The notes below the pieces were generated by a model. The model was given only the letters and a program-made list of their open reading frames with translations. It had not been told where the DNA came from and did not search any database. The position numbers and the translations under genes are program-made. A stretch of 58,508 bases of DNA, the filler included, from Sphacelaria rigidula (lineage: Eukaryota): NCBI GenBank assembly GCA_964200075.2. It is 9 parts of 9 records of this genome, joined end to end, with 100 filler letters (N's around TTAATTAATTAA, not from the genome) between each part and the next. Parts side by side here need not be neighbours in the genome. Positions count along the whole stretch, not along the records: positions 45,585 to 51,996 come from CAXNAA020020233.1; positions 52,097 to 58,508 come from CAXNAA020020234.1; 7 more parts are not named here. One strand, given 5' to 3'. Positions 49,836 through 58,508 of the stretch are shown here, in pieces. Positions within the stretch are counted from its first letter, which is position 1. Every line of letters starts with the position of its first letter.

Positions 49836-50146
49836 CTTATCACAGTACTGGTGGCAGCGCCGACAACTTCTCGCATAGAAGAAGAAACGTGAAACGAAGT
49901 CTGGGGCAGTTCGGGGCTGAATGCCGACGTGGTGCCGTCGATTTCTGGCGTGAGCGCTTCCGAAGCAGATGATTGCTTCGTCCAAGTAATCTATGCTTGA
50001 GTACAGACAGTGCACAACAACATGAAAAACAGACAGTTCAAGGCGCTGATTACCGGTGGCTGCACCGACAGCTTCTCGCACACAAGGAGGAACGTGAAAC
50101 GAAGTCTAGTGCAATACGGCGCTCAATGCTGACGTTGTGTTGTGCG
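49836..50146 (+). repeat. Diverged direct repeat pair (~100 bp each, ~210 bp apart)
   Basis: GGTGGC.GC.CCGACA.CTTCTCGCA...AACGTGAAACGAAGTCT occurs twice. Confidence 0.75.
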
Positions 50147-51478
50147 GGTGACTGCCAATGCAAGGCACAGTCGAGATAGACTCCCCACGCGGTCTGATGG
50201 TCAAGTACAGACAGTAGCAGTAGCATATGGTCAGTCAGGACGGCCACACAGGCTACTGTGGTCTTCAAACGCGATGAGCGTCTTCTCTTACTTTGGACTT
50301 GAAAGGCTTTACCACCTCGGTATATTACGGGGTATATGCCTCTCGGAGAGTCGTCCTGTACCGCGACGTTTCCCTCGGAGGCCGTCTGTGCGGAGCAAAC
50401 GTTCTACGTACTTGCTTGCCGAGGCCAAGTCGCTCTTTTTACAGTATAGTACAGAACAAGGTCGAACGGTGGCGTGTACCTGAAGCAGAAAACGAAACGT
50501 AGACTCGGATTGCGCCCTAGATCGTGGATGGAACAAGCTAAAAATGTGACCAAAATCTGACAATATGCCCACTGAGCCAGCACATAGTCGTCATCATGTA
50601 CTAAGCTCCTCTGCGAGAAGTTCTACTCATCTTCGTATCCTGCACGAGAACAGCTGCTGCCCGAGCACCGAGCGCTTGGGTATTTTTCGTATTCACTTCT
50701 ACCTATCGTTCATGCCCGTCCACGTGATTGATACTGGAATGAGTGTATAATGCTCGCACACGCTTGCCATGATGTATACAGTCGTACAAATATGTTGGAA
50801 TTACAATAATAGAATATATCTAAACTTTAGCATCGACGAAAGGTGACATTTGGCGCTTTGGTTTGAGGTTAGCCCTAAAGGTAAAATGTCGACGTGTATG
50901 ACGTCGGTATAGGTTCAAATCCTGTGTCAGCCACTTATTTTTGCCCGTGGTGCATGAGTAGAACACTGTTTCTTTACACCGGGAGTCGAGCTCGAGTCCT
51001 GGTATTTTTTTTCCTGCTGGGGGTGCCGTATGGGTACACAGGTTTTCTACGCCGGGAGGCGATTTATTCTTCCACTGCAACCTCCACACCTTCTCTCATC
51101 ATACATACCCGCATTCCTATTCCTCGTCTCGTCAATCTTGTTTCCATCATCCTAATATTCCTTCCCACTTCCATCAACCAATATCGTCTCCCCTGCAAAC
51201 AAACGCAGTAACCTCGAAGACATCGGTTCGAGCGAAGGGAATGCCAAGACTTATCGACCGTCGCCCTCTTCCTCAGTCGCACTGCAATATTTTTCCTCTG
51301 CACTTTTCCTCATCGTTCCTCCCGCAATCCAGTACTCTTTCTCGTCTCATTTCTTCCGTATACAACATGAAATTGTGACCGAGAAACATTTCCCACGTCG
51401 GACGACCACGAGTATGACTCGTAACAGTCGCACTCGTTGGGCTGCTCGTTGGCCGTAAAAATTAGTAGGGCGAAAACT

Positions 51479-51710
51479 CGAGTCATTTCTCGTTGTGGAA
51501 AAAATTAGTAGAGCAAGCATTCGAGTCATTGCTCGTTGCGTAGAAATGAATGGCTCGAGCACACGAGTCATTGCTCGTTGTGAAAAAGCTGATGACTCCA
51601 GCACATGAGTCACTGCTCGTTGTGAAAAAAGCTAATGACTCCAGCACACGAGTCGTTGCTCGTTGCGAAAACAATTGTTCACTCGAGCACACGAGTCATG
51701 CTCGTTGTGT
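51479..51710 (+). repeat. 42-43-bp minisatellite, 6 units
   Basis: Core CGAGTCATTGCTCGTTG followed by related A-rich/ACTC(C/G)AGCACA segments. The array is bracketed by ACGAGTA(A)TGACTCGT palindromes at ~51408 and ~51745. Confidence 0.9.
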
Positions 51711-54700
51711 TTTCAAAAAACATCCACGAGGGCACTCGTTTCGACGAGTAATGACTCGTCCCACGTATGAATCATCTCTCACGAGAGCCTGGCAAGGCAT
51801 GAATACCGCGACCCTCCAAGAAGACGGACGGGACCGGGGCTGCCGCCCCGGTTCCGAACGGCTTGTATATATGTATATATATATATATATATATCTTGAC
51901 GGAATCCGCATCGTTGAAATTCACCACGGTTAGGACAAATCATCACGACTCAAAATCACCAAATTCACGATTTCTTTTGCCTGATTGCCCGAAAGGNNNN
52001 NNNNNNNNNNNNNNNNNNNNNNNNNNNNNNNNNNNNNNNNTTAATTAATTAANNNNNNNNNNNNNNNNNNNNNNNNNNNNNNNNNNNNNNNNNNNNGGAA
52101 GAGGCGGGGGGGTTGGAGGGGGAGGGGGGGTGGGGGGGGTTATGGTGTGGCTGGGGCAAATGAGATATTGATAGCTTATGAGCTGTCCGACTTGTGAAAA
52201 CATATCTTCTCCTCAACGCTGTTTTGCTGATGTATGCAGTTATTTAGTACGCCGTGCGGAACAGGACAAGTGTCTGAATCCATGGTCGCCTGCTTGGGGT
52301 ACGCTGCTGGCGTGGGCAGGATCTCGCGCGTCACCCTACGCTTGAACCGTGGAGACCGTGAAGAGGATCTCTAGTCTCCCTACAGATACCTGTGGTAACT
52401 CCCCCCTCCTTGGGGTTGTTGCCATCTACACACACGTACGCCCCCGGGGGGAGTTTTTCAAATGGTCGGGAACTATGGTTAGTACTATGAATGAGTTGCC
52501 GCCAACCAGAACGCGAATCCCAACTCTAACCTCGACCAAGGCATTAGAGAACCGTTGTAGGCGAGCAAGGAGCAATTGGGACTGTCAGCCCCTCAAAAGA
52601 TCCAAAATATCGGTGTTCATTCTATTAATAATATCAAGTAACAGTCGTTGTTTCCCACCATTTGGGAAACTCTGTACGTGAACTATGTTGCTCCCGCCCC
52701 AGTTGATGTCGTTGAAGATTTTTTGCCCGAGATGGGCGTGTACTTTTCCGCCGGCTAGCGGTGAGGGATATGTGTGCGCCCAACCTAGGTCCCTACCCCG
52801 TATCATCACAATTTGACACTTTGTCGTGTATATAAGATATTTTGTCATTGTTCCTCTTCTCGTGCGCTATTATTCCGATTCAGAAATACCCAAAATGAGT
52901 ACCCAAAATGAGTACCGCTGCTTCCTGTCGTTTAACGTCAACACTTCGACGGCGAGCGTAGGTCATCTATAGAATCAGCGGTCAAAGGATTGAAGAGCAT
53001 GGTGTATATTTTCTATTCTGTGAGGGGGGTACTCCCCCTAGTCGAGGGGAGGAAGTGAATGCACATAAATGCTCCTGTGGCGCAGGCAGCATCGTTTGAT
53101 TGATTGGACCGTACGGAGAAAACGATGGCTCTACTAGGAGATAATTGGGAGCCACAGACGGCGAAATAAGACGGGGATAAAGTATGTACACGGGTTTTGT
53201 GTAATGCACGGAAGAAATGTAATGAGCACCGAAATGTTGAAGGTCTCTATTATAATAGGGGTAAGAACGGTGCTCCGTCTCGAAAGGCCAGCGACAAATG
53301 AGTACACTCCCCCATCAGTTGTCTCAAACTCGATGTTCCCGGTATATTCAGAGGTATCTCGAACTCGACATCCCCTGCATATTTTATTTATTTTGGAGTA
53401 ATTTACAATATATCGGGAACTTCAAGTTTGAGACAGCTCCACCGAGTGAAAATGGCTCAGCCAGACAGACTTTGTCTGGTGGACCCTTCGTTGACCAAAT
53501 GACGAAGATGGTTGAAATATGTTTTCGCCAACTCGTATGAATACGACTTCCCAGGAGATGAAGAGACGTTTATATGAAACAGTGTGGAAGATGCTGTTGG
53601 TGTGCTATTAATTTATGGGGTCGCCTTTTGATTTTCAATATCGCAATCGCTTTTGTTTTCTGTACCTGTTCGTCATTTCCGTTGGGAAAATCGTTACGCG
53701 CTGTGGTCATGCACATCAGGAAACGCTGCTACAGCAACCGCGTTGTAGGTCATGGCTGTGGCTGTAGCTGTAGCTGTGGGCGTCACCGGCTTTTGGTTGC
53801 CACGCCTTGGGCAGTTCGGCGGTCTCTTTGCTTTTTGGCAAAAGTCTGTGGTGTTTGGACACGTGGTTAGCCACTGGCAGCAGCTGGTGCTCTGGTAGTT
53901 CCATTCTAGCAAGGTTGTATCTCTTGGGTAGGGTATTTCCTACATATATATATATTTTTTTTCAGGGTTGTACTTCGCGTATTGAAAAGTTAGGTGGAGT
54001 ATTGAGGTCGTCCTCAACATAGCAAGATATTGGGTAGCGTATTGAGATGGTACCTGAATCTCCCCAATGCTTGCGTAGAGTTTGGGGATGGGGCATGGGA
54101 CCATGGTGAAAAACAAAATTCCCAGGTATTTACCTAACCTAATACACCATTCCATACTATGTACCGTCCCATCTGTTCTGAACGCCAGTCTAAACCTTCC
54201 AGTGTATGTAGGGGCAACAGTCCTGGTCACACGGGAGGGAGGTGAACACAGGAGTTTGTGCGTGTACAGCCGGTCTCCTCGCAAAGCTTCCATACAATCT
54301 ACGCGCGGTTGATGCTCTTGTTGACAATCCCGCCTCTGCGCCAGCACCTGACCCCACCGCTGGGCAACTGTGATGTTGGACATACGTGAAATGAGTTTTT
54401 AAAAAGGGCTGTGTTTGGTTTGGGGTCGGCGCTAAGGGTCCGTCTCTCCCCGCTCCAAGGCCGCTTCTCATGACAGAACAAAATTCACCAAAAAATGCTG
54501 TTCGTCACTTTTTCAAAATGTTTGTGTGACCAATTCTTGATGGGAGGAAAAGTGTTCAACAAGAAACTGATAGATGATATTCCCGGGACTTGCTTTGCGT
54601 CAAACACCCAGCCCGAGCCCATTTCCAGCACACCAAGCATGCGCGTCAAAGCACCCAAATGCGGCTCCTTTCCCCCCCTGCACTTGCTCATGTCCACGTC

Positions 54701-55680
54701 ACGGCGGTGGAGTTGTTTCCGCACAACAGCACACAATCAACTCATAACCGTGGGCGTCTCCCCTGCAGAGGAGAAATATTACCGGCGCCGACATCACCAC
54801 AGCCAAAAGTTCCAGTACATCGACCGAAATACCATCCTCCGACTGCACAGTGAGACCTCTTGAGTGGGATTGTTCCTCAGCAGTCAAGTCACACCGCCGT
54901 CAAATGCCCGATTGCACACAGTACATAGTCCCCGATGGACCCGATGCATCCGAAGGCAAGGACGACATGGGCGGGCGCAACACCAATCGCTACACGGGGC
55001 GTGGTATTGCTATTCCACGTGACGACCCATAGCCAACCAGCCAACGCTACACGTCTAAATTATCGGGAAACTCCGGGCTTCATATCACCACCGGCGACTT
55101 CGTCGCCGCCATCCTCTGAAAAACATCTCCCGTCACCACACGGAACGGGGAAGCGCGGCACACCCCAGCCGATGCGAGCATGCGGTGAAACTAAAGATTT
55201 TCCCGGACGTGAAACAAACGAGACGTGCAACAGAAGAAGGACAGCCAAGGACGACATGTCTCTCTCTGATGAACGCTTGCGTCCTCGAGGCCACTACAAC
55301 CTCTGCTTTTGCAATTTGTTACTTTTTGCCTTTGAACGCGAAATAGAGGGGGAGTGGGGGAGTCGGTATCGATCATCCAACCCAGCACTCACTGGCTTTC
55401 GTGTATCCCAGGCCGACGTTGTATTTCTTTTTTGCACCTAACAACGGTGGGTCATACCGCCCACGCTCGCCCAGCAAACGAAAATGATGAGTAATTAAGC
55501 ACCTCGACGCGCACAAACATCGCCTGCCATTTGTAGGAACAGAAAGGGAACTTCCACCAGTATACTGTCACCAACATAGATGCACATGAAAGAGGAATCA
55601 TCAACCCCGCACCAACGTTCATATTCTGTATATAAACAACCCCCCCCCTACCCCACCCCGACTCCCCCTCCGAACAACAG

Positions 55681-56892
55681 TTCCATCGCAGGGAGGGCAT
55701 GATAGACCGTGCGGAAATCCTCTGCCAGCGAAAAGGGTGCTCGTCGCGTCCGACCGCGGAGACCATCGCCGCCGCCTACCGCGACAACGGTTTCCGGCGC
55801 CAACGTCCCTCGCTCTACTGCGACCAGCACGCCGTCAACAGCCACGGAACTCCCATCGAAGGCATCCGCATAAAGAGCGCCGTCGATAGCTCCACGTCGA
55901 CAACGGCGACCACGAACAAAGACACGGCCATTGCTGCGCCCTCCCCGCACACGGGCGAGTCTGCACCACCGTCGGAGAAGGTCGGCAAAACTAGAGCCCC
56001 CAGGAAGAACGCGAAGGGCAACGAAGATGATCCCACGTGCGGCGGCGGCGGGTTTCCAGCCTCGCCCGCCGAGCTGCCTGACCCCCCGATACGCCGGCGT
56101 ACCTCGACAGTGAAAACGAAAGCGAAGCCGCTGCGGCCTCCTCTTGTGGCGCAGGCGCGTTCTTCAACGCCAGTGTCGGCTGCGGCAGCGCACGCGCGGG
56201 CCATGGAGTCGAGGACGGGTGCCGTCGGTGACATGTCCGCCCCGTATTTCGTCTCGCAGGAGCGCGACCTTCCGCACCACCCCATCACTACAATGCCGGA
56301 GGATTCGATGGATCACGAGGCAGCTGCTGCTGCTGCTGCTGCTACGTGGGGAGGGGGCGTGAGCTATGCGCCTCGAAGCCTTGGTGCGGTTTTGGGAGGA
56401 GGCAGCAGCGGTGGCGGACGGGGTTATGTAGATTATCGTGGGGGTTATTCGGGTGCGGTTTACGAGGGAAGGGGTACTGCTTACGGCGGCGGGGATACGT
56501 ACGGAGGAAGTGCTCCTTATGATGGCAGTGGCGGGCACGGCTATGGGGAAAGGGGGGCGTATGTTGGTGGCGGTGGTCGCGGTCATTTCGGCGATGTTGG
56601 TGGAGGTGACGGCTATGGCAGAGGGGTGTTGGGGATTAGGATGGGGAGATCGTACAGAGGGGTCGCGGCAAACGAGGGAGGCAGGGAGCATATGGATGTT
56701 GCGTTTGGTCCTACCCCGACCGACCGGTCGCACTCGATGCCCCCCGACCGGGGCATCAACGGCGAGTCTTCGCCGATGCTCGAGCTTCCTGATATCAGCA
56801 TGGGTGTCAGGTCTGAGACAGCGGGGGACGTGGCGGCAGCCAACGAGGCGGCATCGCGACGCGCGTATGTTTCTTCGATGCGGCGAGTGTGA
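55681..56892 (+). CDS. Terminal exon of an EsV-1-7-type Cys/His-repeat protein with a long disordered Gly/Tyr-rich tail
   Basis: Acceptor after a C-rich tract, AACAACAG| at 55680; frame open for 403 codons to TGA. The N-terminal peptide FHRREGMIDRAEILCQRKGCSSRP...PSLYCDQH matches the H...GM.D....C...GC...P.......YC..H pattern of EsV-1-7 repeats. Confidence 0.7.
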   Translation, partial: FHRREGMIDRAEILCQRKGCSSRPTAETIAAAYRDNGFRRQRPSLYCDQHAVNSHGTPIEGIRIKSAVDSSTSTTATTNKDTAIAAPSPHTGESAPPSEKVGKTRAPRKNAKGNEDDPTCGGGGFPASPAELPDPPIRRRTSTVKTKAKPLRPPLVAQARSSTPVSAAAAHARAMESRTGAVGDMSAPYFVSQERDLPHHPITTMPEDSMDHEAAAAAAAATWGGGVSYAPRSLGAVLGGGSSGGGRGYVDYRGGYSGAVYEGRGTAYGGGDTYGGSAPYDGSGGHGYGERGAYVGGGGRGHFGDVGGGDGYGRGVLGIRMGRSYRGVAANEGGREHMDVAFGPTPTDRSHSMPPDRGINGESSPMLELPDISMGVRSETAGDVAAANEAASRRAYVSSMRRV

Positions 56893-58225
56893 GCGTAATA
56901 AACGGACGAAAAAAAACACTGTGGTGTGTGTACTTCGCGGGGGTTTCACTCCGTAGTTGAATTCTTGGACCTGCTGTTACGGCGCTGAGCCCGTCATGTA
57001 GTTTTTTTACTAGGGTTTGAATGTACCTGAGTTGCCGAAGGGTAAACATACCCTGTAGGCGCCATCCGGCGGCGGGGACCGGGGCGGGGGTTGGAAGGTA
57101 ACTATTGGCTCTGAGGAGTGGGGAAGTTTCTGGTTTCTGGGGGGGTAGGTACGTACGGGTTGTGGCGATCTTCCAAGAGGCCAGTCCCATTACAGGATGA
57201 GGGATTCTCTCTCGTCGTCGCGTGATACATATTTTGCTCACGTTGTCCCCGGAGGCGGTCCGGGAGGTTCGAAGGGGGGGGGGGGTCTTCCGCATAGATG
57301 GTACCGCGAACGCAAAGGATTGGACATGCAGGCGACGCGCGTAAGTTGTCTGGATGTGTGCTGTGAGCGAGAATCTCAAGAGAGATGCAAACATTCTGAT
57401 GAGTTGTTCGGTTGGTTTTCTATTACCCCTCTGGTAAGGGAACGTATTGAACGAGTAAACATGGAGGAAGAGTCCTCTCAAGCTTAGGTGTGTGTCTGTG
57501 GGTCTCGGGCAGCAACTGCATGCATGCTTGGTTTTGTAGTGAGTAAAGGTATGTTTCGTTTTATTTGCGTTTTCGGCCAGCTCTCCCTTGGTTCTTTTTG
57601 CGCTCGAGGTTCATGTGTGTTGTATCTATTTTTCGGACCGGAGCCGGAAGTGCATAGCTGGTATGTAATGATTAGTGGATACTACGTTTGTTTTTTGTGT
57701 TTGTTTTTGGGGGGGGGGGGGGGGGGCAAGGGGACAATCTTTTGTCTTGTTTTGTTTCGTGGCCGAGGCTGGTTATGTGACGATTAGTGTACCCGTGGTA
57801 CTTTGTTTCGGTATGCTTGATTCTTTCAGGATATCTTTTTTTCTTCTCCTCTTCTTTTTCTCCGCCTGGAACTTAATTTGTGAGATTGATGTCGGTGTGT
57901 GTGTGTGTGAAAGAGGGAAAGAGGGAAAGGTTCTGTTTCGTGCTTGATGTCATGTTTTGAGATCACCTTGTGATTAGGAGGGAGTTGAGGTGTGATTCTC
58001 CACCATTGCCTGGTACGTGCAAAACTTTTCCGTGGAATATTCTCCAGGGTTCGTATTGGCTTATGGCCGACACAGCTGATGTGGTACAGGAAATGTGGCG
58101 TAATGTGATTCCTGTACCCCAGTGGGAGGAGGGTCGAGGGCTGCTGTTGATTGACTGTTGTGTTGTGTGTCCGTTGCTGTCGTCGTGGTAAAGAAGAAAC
58201 GAAGGTGTACACACATGAAGCCGGA

Positions 58226-58282
58226 TGTGTGTGTCTGTGTCTGTGTCTGTGTCTGTGTGAGTGCGTGCGTGCGTGCGTGCAT
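58226..58282 (+). repeat. Compound microsatellite (GT)n/(GTCTGT)n/(GCGT)n
   Basis: Seen directly. Confidence 0.9.
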
Positions 58283-58403
58283 GTTTTTATGTGTGTGTAT
58301 ATTAGCCAGTGTTCCTCAAACCATATATATATTACTTTGTTTTGTTTAAATACCCTTTCGTGGTCGGGGGATCATCTGCGATCTGTTGAATCGGCATTAT
58401 TTT

Positions 58404-58447
<44 letters not shown>

Positions 58448-58508
58448 TTTCCGGAGGCGCGAAGATACAGCGTGTTCCCTAACTACTTGATCCAGCGGGG
58501 GGTGGGAG

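Noticed and set aside
51479..51710. CRISPR array
   Set aside because: The spacer-like segments are homologous to each other, the repeats are degenerate, no cas genes are present and the context is eukaryotic.
54485..55032. Upstream exons of the EsV-1-7 gene or a separate minus-strand exon
   Set aside because: No Cys/His repeat pattern and no convincing splice-site pair.
56164..56949. 261-aa minus-strand ORF and other overlapping ORFs
   Set aside because: These are antisense or alternate-frame shadows of the GC-rich 55681-56892 exon.
1..58508. A multi-gene novel system spanning the window (e.g. sulfotransferase + EsV-1-7 + retroelements, or an endogenous virus)
   Set aside because: The components lie on unlinked contigs, and no viral hallmark genes (capsid, polB, packaging ATPase) were seen.

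Overview
This window is not one locus. It is nine unrelated contigs of exactly 6,412 bp each, joined by eight identical 100-bp artificial spacers (44 N + TTAATTAATTAA + 44 N): 9x6412 + 8x100 = 58,508. The DNA is repeat-rich eukaryotic nuclear sequence, most likely from a brown alga. That assignment is an inference from an EsV-1-7-type Cys/His repeat exon, a sulfotransferase-like exon, TTAGGG motifs and isolated exons in long introns. Mobile-element content: a decayed Ty1/Copia element (contig 1); a gag+protease-only Copia derivative (contig 7); a decayed chromodomain-bearing Ty3/Gypsy pol with a WVDD RT motif (contig 6); a decayed Mutator-like transposase (contig 4); a gag-like remnant (contig 5); two tRNA-headed SINE-like families; TTAA-flanked piggyBac-like miniature elements; hAT-like MITEs with 8-bp TSDs; a MITE carrying telomeric repeats; and two long palindromic foldback elements. 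A few host exons are present (sulfotransferase-like, VPS13-like, EsV-1-7 protein, a signal-peptide exon). I see no intact operon, CRISPR array or complete novel multi-gene system. The best leads are small non-coding mobile-element families that may be unannotated. All family assignments are by eye from motifs; no database searches were run.
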